Shown piece by piece: positions 31,663-41,417 of a stretch of DNA of 64,000 nucleotides. The DNA comes from Gammaproteobacteria bacterium. Its GTDB lineage: Bacteria > Pseudomonadota > Gammaproteobacteria > Pseudomonadales > Azotimanducaceae. The translations under genes and the position numbers were made by a program. The stretch's first letter is position 1, and each line of letters begins with the position of its first letter. The stretch is from positions 3,183 to 67,182 of the forward strand of contig QJYB01000006.1 of NCBI GenBank assembly GCA_003247835.1, written 5' to 3'. The notes beneath the pieces are model-generated. The model saw only the letters and a program-made list of their open reading frames with translations, searched no databases and was not told the DNA's origin.

Positions 31663-31724
31663 ACTGAGGAAGCGATAAGCGATAGAATGGCCACCCGAAA
31701 GGCTCCCCGCTGCCGGCGCGACAC

Positions 31725-32408
31725 ATGAGTTCCGCATTCGACCCCGATACCGACACCACAAAGCTTTCCGACGAGACCATCGTCGAGTACCTGCGTGCCG
31801 ATCCGGATTTCTTTCAGCGCCACGCCAACCTGCTCTCCGAGCTGAACCTGCCCCATGACAGCGGGCGCGCGGTATCCCTCATCGAGCGTCAGGTGGCCAT
31901 CCTCCGAGAACGGAACATGCAGATGCGCCGCCGCATGAACGAGCTTCTGCAGGCAGCCAAGGACAACGACGAGCTGTTTGCCAAGACACGCACCCTGACT
32001 CTGGAGCTGCTCAACGTGCACACCTGGCACGAGCTCAACGAGGTGCTGGCAACCTACGTGCTGGCGGATTTTCAGGCCGACTTCGTCTGCTGCCACCTGC
32101 TGCGTATGCCGGTCTTCCTGGATCATCTCGTCAGCCACGAGTCGGAGCCGCCCTACGAACGGTTCGTGCCCAACAACGTGCCGGTGTGCACGACACTCAG
32201 AGCCGAGGAGATGAGCAGTCTTTTTCCTGTCGAGACTCACGAACACGATGGCAGCGCCGTGCTGGCACCGCTGCTCTGGGAGCAGGGCGAAGGCTGTCTC
32301 GCCATCGGCAGCCGGCAGCCCGACCGGTTCACGTCCGACATGGACACGCTGTTCGTTACCTACATCGGCGAGGTACTGAGCCGCGTGGTTCAGCGTCTGG
32401 GCTCATGA
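31725..32408 (+). CDS. DUF484 (YigA) family protein
   Basis: The gene lies between dapF and xerC as in E. coli and Pseudomonas. The N-terminus IVEYLRADPDFFQRHANLL is typical of the family. Confidence 0.8.
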   Translation: MSSAFDPDTDTTKLSDETIVEYLRADPDFFQRHANLLSELNLPHDSGRAVSLIERQVAILRERNMQMRRRMNELLQAAKDNDELFAKTRTLTLELLNVHTWHELNEVLATYVLADFQADFVCCHLLRMPVFLDHLVSHESEPPYERFVPNNVPVCTTLRAEEMSSLFPVETHEHDGSAVLAPLLWEQGEGCLAIGSRQPDRFTSDMDTLFVTYIGEVLSRVVQRLGS

Positions 32409-33331
32409 CGGACAGCGGGGCGCGACCGCTGGAGACTGCGGTCGACGACTTCCTCGACCACCTTAAGTTCGAGAAGGACTACTCCGCACATACCATCGCC
32501 GCCTATCGTCGCGATCTTACGCGCTTCGCCCGACGCATCGAGGTGCCCGTCTCGCGGGTGACGAGCCATGACATCAACGCTTACGTGGCACACCTGCACA
32601 GTCGGGGACTCGCGCCGCGCAGCATACAGCGGGCGCTGTCCAGCGTGCGCAGTCTCTTCAGTTACATGCAGTCGCGCCGCCTGATCCGCAGCAACCCGGC
32701 GGCAGGCGTCCGCACACCCAAGAGCAGACACCGGCTGCCCGGCACGCTCGACACCGACCAGGCTTCGAAGCTGTTCGACTTCGAAGCACGGACGCCACGG
32801 CAGAAGCGCGACAAGGCCATGGTCGAGCTCTTCTACGGCAGCGGCCTGCGGCTGTCCGAGCTGGTCGGCATCAACCGCGCCGATCTCGATCTGGACGCAG
32901 GCTTCGTCACCGTGCTGGGCAAGGGTAGAAAGACCCGGCAGGTGCCGCTCGGCCGGTACTGCGTTCAGGCGATCCGAGACTGGCTCGCCGAGCACCCTTT
33001 CGCGTCCGCAGGAGGAGACGTACCGCTGTTCACGGGACGAGGCAGACAACGCATCAGTCCCCGCGCGGTGCAGAACCGGCTCAAGGTGCTGGCGGCGACT
33101 CAGCTCGGCAGTACGGACCTGCACCCGCACATGCTCCGCCATTCCTTCGCGAGCCACCTGCTGGAATCCAGCGGCGACCTGCGCGCGGTCCAGGAGCTGC
33201 TCGGTCACTCGGACCTCGGTACCACGCAGATCTATACCCATCTCGACTTCCAGCACCTGGCGAAGGTCTACGATGCGGCGCATCCGCGGGCCGAGGTGCA
33301 GCAGGACACAAGCACCTCCGAGAGCGACTGA
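32405..33331 (+). CDS. xerC: Tyrosine recombinase XerC
   Basis: The start is at MTDSGARPLETAVDDFLDHLKFEKDYSAHTIAAYRRDL (the ATG overlaps the upstream TGA). The catalytic R...HMLRHSFASHLL...LGHSDLGTTQIYTH is present. The gene sits in the housekeeping dapF-yigA-xerC-yigB context. Confidence 0.92.
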   Translation: MTDSGARPLETAVDDFLDHLKFEKDYSAHTIAAYRRDLTRFARRIEVPVSRVTSHDINAYVAHLHSRGLAPRSIQRALSSVRSLFSYMQSRRLIRSNPAAGVRTPKSRHRLPGTLDTDQASKLFDFEARTPRQKRDKAMVELFYGSGLRLSELVGINRADLDLDAGFVTVLGKGRKTRQVPLGRYCVQAIRDWLAEHPFASAGGDVPLFTGRGRQRISPRAVQNRLKVLAATQLGSTDLHPHMLRHSFASHLLESSGDLRAVQELLGHSDLGTTQIYTHLDFQHLAKVYDAAHPRAEVQQDTSTSESD

Positions 33332-33334
33332 CCG

Positions 33335-34045
33335 GTGGCTGACATAAGGCTAATCACCTTCGACCTGGACAATACCCTCTGGGATGTCGGGCAGGTGATC
33401 AGGGAAGCCGAGTCGGCGATGAACGGCTGGCTGGACGACCACGTGCCCGAATATCGTCGGCAGCTGGACCGGGAGGTGGTGATGGCGCTCCGGGAAGCTG
33501 CGATCCGTGAACGGCCCGACCTCGGGCACGACGTCAGCGCTCTGCGTGAGGAGGTTCTCTACCGGGGCATGCGGCGTCTGGGGATCAACGAGGCCGCCGC
33601 ACGGCAGCACGCTGCCGACGCGTTCCAGATGTTTTATGAGGCCCGTCAGCAGGTGGTGTTCTTCGAGCACGCCCTGGAGACCCTCGCCGACCTGGCCGGT
33701 CGGTACCGGCTCGCTGCGCTGACCAATGGCAACGCCAACGTGGCCAGCATGGGTCTCGACCGCTATTTCAGCTTCGCGCTCTCGGCAGCAGACGTCCGGG
33801 CGAGCAAGCCGGCGCCGGACATCTTCCATGCGGCACTGTCCGCAGCCGGTGTGGCGCCTGCGGAGTCCATCCACGTCGGTGACAACCTGGTCGACGACAT
33901 CCACGGTGCCGCAGCAGTCGGCATGCACACGATCTGGGTGAACATCGGTAGAGCGGGCGTCGAAGATTCAGACGCACGCCCGAGCGAGGTGGTCGAGCAC
34001 CTGAGGGACCTGCCGACGGCGGTTGGGCGCATTCATCGCGGCTGA
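33335..34045 (+). CDS. HAD-superfamily phosphatase (YigB-like)
   Basis: Motif I ITFDLDNTLWD is present, with LTNGN and the motif IV context HVGDNLVDDIHGA. The start is GTG, after xerC. Confidence 0.85.
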   Translation: MADIRLITFDLDNTLWDVGQVIREAESAMNGWLDDHVPEYRRQLDREVVMALREAAIRERPDLGHDVSALREEVLYRGMRRLGINEAAARQHAADAFQMFYEARQQVVFFEHALETLADLAGRYRLAALTNGNANVASMGLDRYFSFALSAADVRASKPAPDIFHAALSAAGVAPAESIHVGDNLVDDIHGAAAVGMHTIWVNIGRAGVEDSDARPSEVVEHLRDLPTAVGRIHRG

Positions 34046-34144
34046 ACCCTAACCCGTCGGGCCAAGTGGATCTTCAGCAACTCCCACGCCCCATCGAGAC
34101 ATAACATCCCTTCAGGTGTACGCTCGGTCGGAGGGGAGGCCATC

Positions 34145-35248
34145 ATGAACTTTCCTGTCAGGCCTGAAGAGTTGAACGTCAGCTTCCTGACCGAGGCGCT
34201 CGGCGCGCGTGCGGGTGACATCCGATCGGCTCGAGTCGAGTTCGTCGGTGATGCGGTCGGTAATACCAGCGACGTCTATTTCGTGCATATGGACGTACGC
34301 GACGGAGCTGGCCTGCCGGAAACGCTGGTAGCAAAGATGATCCCGCGGTTCGACGGTGCGATCGAGGTCTGCAAGACGCTGCGGCTCTTCGAACGGGAGA
34401 TCGAAAACTACCGGGTGATAGCTGGCCGATCTCCGATCAGAGTCCCGGAGCTGATCTGGTCGGATTATGATCCGGATACGTCGCTGGGCATCATGATCAT
34501 GGAGGATTGTTCCTACTGCGATTCCTTCGATCAGACCAGGCCGGTGCCAAGCTCCCTGGAGGATCTCGAGAAAATCTTCGACAGCGCCGCGGATCTGCAT
34601 GCCGCCTGGTGGGATTCTACTGAGCTCTCGGATTCGAGCGTTCTGCTGCAGCCCGGTCACCCGGTGCGGCAACGATTCGCGGAAATGGTGACTGGCGGTT
34701 GGGAGAGCCTGCTCAGCGGAGGTCCGGGCGCGGAGACGATTCCGGATTCGGGAAAACAGATTGCTCGCATCTTTACCGACAGCATCGCCGATCTGTGGGG
34801 GCCGCTCGCGCCAACCCATCAGCTGACGGTAATGCACCTGGACTTCCGGATCGACAACATCTTCTATGATCGTACCGAGGATCGCCCCGTGATCTTCGAT
34901 TGGCAGGGCGCATCCGTAGGTCGTGGCGCCTGTGATCTCGCCTATCTGATGGCGACCGGTTTCGAGCCGGCTTTCCGCAGGCGCTACGAGCTGCAGCTGC
35001 TCCAGCGCTATCACCAGCGCCTCCAGTCCGCCGGGGTGAACGGATACTCCTTCGATGCACTCGAGCAGGACTACGTGTTCGGCCTGATGCACAGTCTCTG
35101 GGTGGTTCCGTTCACCGCGATCCTGGATCTTTCCTCAGAACGGGGTCAGGCACTGGCGGACAAGATCATCGGCGGCATCTTCACCGCCATATCCGATCGC
35201 AAGGCCGATGAGGTTTTCAAGCGCTATCTGACGGGCCAGCAGACGTGA
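34145..35248 (+). CDS. Aminoglycoside-phosphotransferase / EcKL-like kinase-fold protein
   Basis: The Brenner-type catalytic loop VMHLDFRIDNIFY is present, followed by IFDWQGASVGRGACDLAYL. GGAGG lies before the ATG. Confidence 0.7.
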   Translation: MNFPVRPEELNVSFLTEALGARAGDIRSARVEFVGDAVGNTSDVYFVHMDVRDGAGLPETLVAKMIPRFDGAIEVCKTLRLFEREIENYRVIAGRSPIRVPELIWSDYDPDTSLGIMIMEDCSYCDSFDQTRPVPSSLEDLEKIFDSAADLHAAWWDSTELSDSSVLLQPGHPVRQRFAEMVTGGWESLLSGGPGAETIPDSGKQIARIFTDSIADLWGPLAPTHQLTVMHLDFRIDNIFYDRTEDRPVIFDWQGASVGRGACDLAYLMATGFEPAFRRRYELQLLQRYHQRLQSAGVNGYSFDALEQDYVFGLMHSLWVVPFTAILDLSSERGQALADKIIGGIFTAISDRKADEVFKRYLTGQQT

Positions 35249-35363
35249 ATGCGCGAGCAGTCGGCCGGAGATCTTTCCGGTAGGAAACGCGCTGAGCTCG
35301 ACCAGGCGTGCGTCGCGTCGAAACCGGAACTGGCGATTCGACCGCTTGGCGCTCCACGCGCGT

Positions 35364-36746
35364 TCAGCGTGCGTGCTTATCCAGGAATGCACGCACCGCC
35401 TCGGTGGTGGCGGGGATGCGGGTCTTCCGTGTGGGAAGATCGGCCAGCGCGTCCAGCGTCGGGTGACGCGCCACCTTACGGCCGATCGCTTCGTTCACCG
35501 ATTCCGGAAACTTGGCCGGGTGCGCCGTTGCCGCACAGATCTGCACACCGGGAACGCGAAACCGTTCCGCCGCTGCGAGCCCCACCGCCGTGTGCGGGTC
35601 CACCACGTAGCCATTGTGCTCGTAGACATCGCGAATCGTTCGTCTGACCTCCGCCTCGCTCACCGACGTGGCGAGAAAGTCGTCCGTCTGCGGCGGGCCG
35701 CCCACCGAAGCCGCACCTGTCGCCGCGAACTCCTCCATGAACGTGCGCAGTCGCACTGCATCCTCGTCGAAGTAGTAATAAAGGTAGCGTTCGAAGTTGC
35801 TGGCTACCTGGATGTCCATGGCCGGGCTCGTGGTGTGATGCACGGTGCCACGCCGGTACTCGCCGGTCTGGAAGAACCGCGCCAGAATGTCGTTGTCGTT
35901 GGTGGCGATCACGAGCTTGTCGATGGGAAACCCCATCTTCTTCGCGAGGTAACCGGCGAAAACGTTACCGAAATTGCCGGTCGGCACGCAGAACGTCACG
36001 GGCTCGGAACGGGCGAACTTCAGGCTGCCGTAGCCGTAGTAGACGATCTGCGCCAGTACTCGGGCCCAGTTCACCGAGTTCACCGCACCCAGCGCCAGGG
36101 TCCGCTTGGCGTCCGCATCCGCGAACAGCGACTTCATCAGCGACTGGCAGTCATCGAAGCTGCCTTCCACCGCCAGGCAGTGCACGTTTTCGTCCGGAAT
36201 CGTGGTCATCTGCCGTTCCTGGAGCGGGCTGACCCTGCCCTCCGGGAACATGATGAACACGTCCACGGACGGCAGTCCGCGGACACCGGCGATGGCGGCG
36301 CTGCCCGTGTCGCCGCTGGTGGCACCGAGAATGTTCAGGTGCTCGTCGCGCTCCTCGAGGATGTACTCGAACAGCTGGCCGAGAAACTGCAGGGCCACGT
36401 CCTTGAAGGCCAGCGTCGGCCCGTGGAAGAGCTCCATCACCTGCACGTCGTGATTGCCTGCCAGACCTCTGAGCGCGCGGAAGGGCACCACTTCCGGATG
36501 ATCGAAGGTTGCATAGGCACGTTCGACGAGACCGTTCAGGGTGCCTTCCGGGATGTCGTCGACGAAGTACGCCATCAGCTTCTCGGCGAAGCGGACGAAG
36601 GACAGACCTCGGAACTCGTCGAGCCTGCCGCCGAGCTCGGGCAGGGTTTCCGGGATCAGCAGCCCGCCATCCGGCGCCATGCCGGTGATGACTGCATCCT
36701 TGAACGCCATCGGCTCTGTCTGACCACGGGTGCTGACGTATCGCAT
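35364..36746 (-). CDS. thrC: Threonine synthase (long form)
   Basis: MRYVSTRGQ...GLLIPE and the PLP-lysine context GPTLAFKDVALQ are present. The product is 460 aa. Confidence 0.93.
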   Translation of the reverse strand: MRYVSTRGQTEPMAFKDAVITGMAPDGGLLIPETLPELGGRLDEFRGLSFVRFAEKLMAYFVDDIPEGTLNGLVERAYATFDHPEVVPFRALRGLAGNHDVQVMELFHGPTLAFKDVALQFLGQLFEYILEERDEHLNILGATSGDTGSAAIAGVRGLPSVDVFIMFPEGRVSPLQERQMTTIPDENVHCLAVEGSFDDCQSLMKSLFADADAKRTLALGAVNSVNWARVLAQIVYYGYGSLKFARSEPVTFCVPTGNFGNVFAGYLAKKMGFPIDKLVIATNDNDILARFFQTGEYRRGTVHHTTSPAMDIQVASNFERYLYYYFDEDAVRLRTFMEEFAATGAASVGGPPQTDDFLATSVSEAEVRRTIRDVYEHNGYVVDPHTAVGLAAAERFRVPGVQICAATAHPAKFPESVNEAIGRKVARHPTLDALADLPTRKTRIPATTEAVRAFLDKHAR

Positions 36747-36789
36747 GAGCGGGCTTGGACGGAAAGCGCGCTATTTTACACGGCAGATG

Positions 36790-36823
36790 AAAAAAAGGGC
36801 GCGGTACCACTGGCCCCGCGCCC
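36790..36823 (-). terminator. Rho-independent terminator after amtB
   Basis: The minus strand reads GGGCGCGG-ggccagtggta-CCGCGCCC followed by TTTTTTT, 34 nt after the amtB stop. Confidence 0.8.
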
Positions 36824-36856
36824 TGGAAATGATGGCCCGCCGGAGCGGGCTCGAGA

Positions 36857-38110
36857 TCAGGTTCCGCCGACCTTGACGAAGTCCGGATAGGCTTCCATAC
36901 CACACTCGGCGATATCCACGCCTTCGTATTCTTCCTCCTCGGACACCCGGATACCCATGGTGGCCTTGAGAATACCCCAGACGATGAGCGAAGCGACGAA
37001 CGTCCAGCCGAAGATACCGGCGATGCCGATCAGCTGCCCGCCGAGGGTCGCATCAGCGTTGGAGATCACCACGGCCAGGATGCCCCAGATACCGACCACA
37101 CCGTGCACGGAGATAGCACCCACCGGATCGTCGATCTTCATCTTGTCGATGGTGATGATGGAGAAGACCACCAGCACACCGCCGATCGCACCGACGATGG
37201 TGGCCATCTGCGCGGTGGGAGACAGCGGATCTGCCGTGATGGCGACCAGGCCGGCCAGCGCGCCGTTCAGTGCCATGGTGAGGTCCGCCTTACCGAACAG
37301 CAGCTTGGCGGTGATCAGCGCGGCGACTACACCACCGCTGGCGGCGATGTTGGTGTTCACGAACACCTGAGCGACGGCATTGGCTTCCTCGATGTTGGAC
37401 GTCATCAGCTCCGAACCACCGTTGAATCCGAACCAGCCGAACCAGAGGATGAAGGTACCCAGCGTTGCCAGCGGCATGTTGGCACCCGGGATGGCATTGA
37501 CCGATCCATCCTTGTTGTACTTACCCTTTCTGGCACCCAGCAGCAGCACGCCGGCAAGCGCCGCCGAACCGCCACACATGTGAACGATGCCTGACCCGGC
37601 GAAGTCAGAGTAACCGGCCGCAGACAGCCAGCCACCACCCCAGGTCCACATACCCTGCATGGGGTAGATGAAGCCGGTCATGACCACCGCAAAGGCGAGG
37701 AACGCCCACAGCTTCATGCGCTCGGCCACCGCACCGGAGACGATGGACATCGCCGTGGCGACAAACACCACCTGGAAGAAGTAGTCGGACCGCGCGGAGT
37801 AGTAGGTGTCACCGCCGGACGCGAGCACCTCCTCCACCGTGTTCTCCGCACCGAGCAGGAACCCGAAGTCCGGTATCACGCCGCCTTCGACCGCACCGAG
37901 ATACATGATGTAGTAACCACAGATCATGTACATGATGCAGGCGATGGCGAACAGCACGACGTTCTTCAGCAGAATTTCGGCCGTGTTCTTGGACCGCACC
38001 AGACCGGCTTCGAGCATTGCGAAGCCGGGGGCCATGAACATGACCAGAGCGCCCATGACGAGGAAATAGAACGTATCAAGGGCGTAGTTAGTTTGAACAA
38101 GATCTTCCAC
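36857..38110 (-). CDS. amtB: Ammonium transporter
   Basis: The protein has about 11 TM segments. The Amt signatures DFAGSGIVHMCGG and VHGVVGIWG are present. The gene is downstream of glnK. Confidence 0.94.
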   Translation of the reverse strand: MEDLVQTNYALDTFYFLVMGALVMFMAPGFAMLEAGLVRSKNTAEILLKNVVLFAIACIMYMICGYYIMYLGAVEGGVIPDFGFLLGAENTVEEVLASGGDTYYSARSDYFFQVVFVATAMSIVSGAVAERMKLWAFLAFAVVMTGFIYPMQGMWTWGGGWLSAAGYSDFAGSGIVHMCGGSAALAGVLLLGARKGKYNKDGSVNAIPGANMPLATLGTFILWFGWFGFNGGSELMTSNIEEANAVAQVFVNTNIAASGGVVAALITAKLLFGKADLTMALNGALAGLVAITADPLSPTAQMATIVGAIGGVLVVFSIITIDKMKIDDPVGAISVHGVVGIWGILAVVISNADATLGGQLIGIAGIFGWTFVASLIVWGILKATMGIRVSEEEEYEGVDIAECGMEAYPDFVKVGGT

Positions 38111-38138
38111 AATCTTTCTCCCGATTTAGTAGGAAGCC

Positions 38139-38489
<351 letters not shown>

Positions 38490-38621
38490 TTATCCCTTTG
38501 ATCGGCCCCGGAAGCGGCAGTCACCTGCCGCCGGAGACCGACGGTGCACCGTCCCCCGTAGCGCTCGCGCGTCTCGGGAGTTCTCTGTGGAAGATCCTGT
38601 GCACCTGGGATTTTCGCTCAG

Positions 38622-39329
38622 TTAGAGGCTTTTCGATACGCTGAGAACCACGTTGCCCTTACAGTCCTTCGAGCCACCGAAGCACTCGCTCTCCTTGATG
38701 TCGGTACCGACCCAGGCAAGTGTCCAGTCGAGACCGATGAGCGGCGCGGTGGCACCGATGCTGTAGTCGATGTAGTTATCGTTGCCGTTCAGAATGCCGA
38801 AGGAGGCGAGATCCGAATCGCTGTTGAACTGGTTCAGAGCGATGTGCGCGTCCAGCGACACCCCGGACTCACCCAGCGGCAGGCTGTAGTCACCGTAGAG
38901 GTAGAAGTACTTACCCGTTTCGTAGGTGTACTCCGGCGAGTAGTTGAGGCCGACCGTGGCACCAAAGAAACCCACGCTGCCGTAGATCTCCCAGTAGCCG
39001 GCGTCCTTGTTCTCGGACGGGTAACCGTAGTAGAGCACGCCGAGGTCGATGGACACGGAGTCGGAAAGATCCTTCGCCCAGCCACCGTACACGTCGATCT
39101 CGGTGCCACCTTCGGTGAAGGAGACGTTGGATGCCCATGTGCCGGCGTACAGGCCACTTTCATGGCTGTAGTCGAAGCCACCCTGGATCGCCGGGTTCCT
39201 GCCGGTCTGGGAAATTCCCCGGAACCGGTAGTCAGTCGCCAAGGCTACGTTGCCGGAGATGTCGTCTGCGGCAGCGAACTCCGAGTAAACGGTACCGAAG
39301 AGCAATACCGCGATGATCAGTCTTTTCAT
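38622..39329 (-). CDS. TorF-family putative outer-membrane porin (TIGR02001-like)
   Basis: The start is at MKRLIIAVLLFGTVYSEFAAADDISGNVALATDYRFRGISQT. The sequence has an alternating beta-strand pattern, and the gene is upstream of glnK-amtB. The ORF-track start at 39503 is probably too long. Confidence 0.72.
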   Translation of the reverse strand: MKRLIIAVLLFGTVYSEFAAADDISGNVALATDYRFRGISQTGRNPAIQGGFDYSHESGLYAGTWASNVSFTEGGTEIDVYGGWAKDLSDSVSIDLGVLYYGYPSENKDAGYWEIYGSVGFFGATVGLNYSPEYTYETGKYFYLYGDYSLPLGESGVSLDAHIALNQFNSDSDLASFGILNGNDNYIDYSIGATAPLIGLDWTLAWVGTDIKESECFGGSKDCKGNVVLSVSKSL

Positions 39330-39410
39330 TTCGATCCCCATAGATGTCGTTGATTCAGTAACAGCGCCCGAATTGCCCTCTCGCGATTCAGCGCGCGTGC
39401 CGGTCAAGGG

Positions 39411-39425
39411 GCAGAATTCGTGCCA
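39411..39425 (-). promoter_or_regulatory. Candidate sigma-54 (-24/-12) promoter for the porin-glnK-amtB operon
   Basis: The minus strand reads TGGCAC-GAATT-CTGC against the consensus TGGCAC-N5-TTGC. It lies about 80 nt upstream of the porin ATG (39329). Confidence 0.55.
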
Positions 39426-39520
39426 ACCCGCTTTCCCTCTGTTTTTCAGAGGCTTGGGGCAATTCACGGGCCCGGTCCCGAAGCAGTGCAGCAAACGACG
39501 CACCGAAATGGACCGATAAC

Positions 39521-39537
39521 CGCACTTATTTAGTGCA
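39521..39537. promoter_or_regulatory. Candidate NtrC enhancer site
   Basis: CGCACTTATTTAGTGCA compares with E. coli-type TGCACCAAAATGGTGCA (GCAC-N7-GTGC dyad). It lies about 100 bp upstream of the sigma-54 element. Confidence 0.45.
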
Positions 39538-39619
39538 TAAAACTCCCCCCCGCTCCCCGTTTTGGCTCACGATGGCCAGGGACGACCGCCGTGGCTCCCC
39601 CGTCGGACCATCAGGTACC

Positions 39620-39889
39620 ATGGCCTCCCTTTTTTCCGGCGAGCATCCGATGAGCGAACGCCCGCAGACCCCCCTGGAAACCCTGTTCGCCGGGTTGCGC
39701 GACGCCCTCGAGGAAATCGCCCCGGACAACCTGGGCAATCGGTTGAGGCCGGTGCTGGAGGGATTCTTCGAGCAGTTTCAGCTGGTACCGAGGCGGGACT
39801 ACGATGCCCACCTGGCCACACTCACCCGCCTCGAGGAGACCGTCAGTCGGCTGGAGTCCAGGATCAGCGAGCTTGAACTCCAGCGCTGA
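39620..39889 (+). CDS. ubiK: Ubiquinone biosynthesis accessory factor UbiK (YqiC/BMFP family)
   Basis: LETLFAGLRDALEEI...RPVLEGFFEQFQLVPRRDYDAHLATLTRLEETVSRLESRISELE is typical of the family. The start is ATG 39620 or 39650. Confidence 0.78.
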   Translation: MASLFSGEHPMSERPQTPLETLFAGLRDALEEIAPDNLGNRLRPVLEGFFEQFQLVPRRDYDAHLATLTRLEETVSRLESRISELELQR

Positions 39890-41417
39890 GGCAGAAGTCA
39901 CCGCCCGTTCCCGAACCTTCACCCGCGCCCTGTTCGGCATGGAAGCGCCGCGGGTCATCGTCGAGACCCACCTGTTCGGTGGGCTGCCCGGTACCACTAT
40001 CGTCGGCATGCCGGAAGCCGCCGTCCGCGAGGCCCGGGACAGGGTCAGGAGTGCCCTGACCAACTGCGGCTACGACTATCCCGATGGTCGGGTGGTCGTG
40101 AATCTGGCGCCGGTGGATCTCGCCAAGGAGGGCGCCCGCTTCGACCTGGCAATCGCCGTGAGCATCCTGCGAGCCAGCGGCCAGATCGGCCCCGAGCAGG
40201 AGCGGTCCTTCGAGTTCGAGCTGCTCGGCGAGTTGAGCCTCGGCGGCGAGCTGAGACGCGTCCGCGGCTGTCTCTGTGCTGCCCTGGCGCTTCCCGGCGA
40301 CGCCCGCCTGGTGGTGCCGCTGGAGAACGGTCGGGAAGCGCTGCGTGCAGGTAGCACCGTGCTGCCGCTCGGCCACCTTGCCGACGTGGTGCGCGTGCTC
40401 AGCGGCGAAGATCCGGAACGGCTGCGACCCGCGGGGGTTCCGCAGCCCCGTGAGTATGAGCGCGCTGAGGAACCCCAGGTGATCGGACAGAACCTCGCCA
40501 AGCGGGCCCTGACCGTCGCCGCTGCCGGCGCCCACCACCTGTTGATGGTCGGGCCGCCCGGTACAGGCAAGTCCCTGCTCGCCCGGCGGCTCCCCGGACT
40601 GCTGCCGCCACTCGGCGAGCGTGAGGCCATGGAGGTAGCTGCCGTCTATTCCGCTGCCGGTCTGGATTATGAAGGTGACGACCGCCGGCCGATCCGCGCG
40701 CCGCATCATTCGGTCTCTCTGACCGCCATGACCGGCGGCGGCGCCCATCCGAGACCCGGAGAGATCAGCCTGGCTCACCACGGTGTGCTGTTCCTGGACG
40801 AGCTGCCCCACTTCAAGCCCAGCGTGCTCGATTCGCTGCGGGAACCACTGGAGACCCGCCATATCAGCATCGCCCGGGCCGCCGGGACGGCAGCATTCCC
40901 GGCGAGCTTTCAGCTGCTCACCGCCATGAATCCCTGCCCGGCAGGTCTGGTCTGTCGCGATGGCGGCTGTCGCTGCCGGCCCGACCAGGTGCGCCGCTAC
41001 CAGGGGCGGGTTTCGGGTCCTCTGCTGGACCGTATCGACCTGCACGTTCCCGTCACCGAGGTGCCTGCCGAGCTTCTGCTCGGCGAGGCCGTAGACCCAT
41101 CGGAGGGATCTCTCGATCCCGAGCCGGTTCTACGCGCCAGAGAGCGGCAACAACGTCGCCAGGGAAAAACCAACGCGCTCCTGGATACCCGGGAGCTCAC
41201 CCGCCACGCGGCGCTGGACCGGGCGGGCCGGCGCCTGCTGCGCCAGGCCGCGGAACGTTACCGGCTGTCGGCCCGTGGCTTCCATCGGGTCATCCGGGTG
41301 GCACGTTCCGTGGCCGATCTGGACGGGGAGGAGGTGGTGGGAACGCGACAGCTCGCAGAAGCGCTGAGCTATCGCGCCATGGACTGGTCGGCCGCCGGCG
41401 CGGCGCCGGGTCAGTGA
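39873..41417 (+). CDS. yifB: YifB/ComM family Mg-chelatase-like ATPase
   Basis: The Lon-like N-terminus (VETHLFGGLPGTTIVGMPEAAVREARDRVRSAL), Walker A LLMVGPPGTGKS and GVLFLDELPHF are present. The start is uncertain: TTG 39873 (chosen by alignment to the E. coli N-terminus from memory), ATG 39804 or ATG 39939. Confidence 0.88.
   Translation: MNSSAEAEVTARSRTFTRALFGMEAPRVIVETHLFGGLPGTTIVGMPEAAVREARDRVRSALTNCGYDYPDGRVVVNLAPVDLAKEGARFDLAIAVSILRASGQIGPEQERSFEFELLGELSLGGELRRVRGCLCAALALPGDARLVVPLENGREALRAGSTVLPLGHLADVVRVLSGEDPERLRPAGVPQPREYERAEEPQVIGQNLAKRALTVAAAGAHHLLMVGPPGTGKSLLARRLPGLLPPLGEREAMEVAAVYSAAGLDYEGDDRRPIRAPHHSVSLTAMTGGGAHPRPGEISLAHHGVLFLDELPHFKPSVLDSLREPLETRHISIARAAGTAAFPASFQLLTAMNPCPAGLVCRDGGCRCRPDQVRRYQGRVSGPLLDRIDLHVPVTEVPAELLLGEAVDPSEGSLDPEPVLRARERQQRRQGKTNALLDTRELTRHAALDRAGRRLLRQAAERYRLSARGFHRVIRVARSVADLDGEEVVGTRQLAEALSYRAMDWSAAGAAPGQ

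Noticed and set aside
32405-33331. Tyrosine recombinase as a marker of an integrated mobile element
   Set aside because: It sits in the conserved housekeeping dapF-DUF484-xerC-HAD block with overlapping start and stop codons. There are no flanking repeats, tRNA or phage genes. It is chromosomal XerC.
35346-36890. 514-aa plus-strand ORF
   Set aside because: It is antisense to threonine synthase, which has clear family motifs including the PLP lysine context. It is a shadow ORF.
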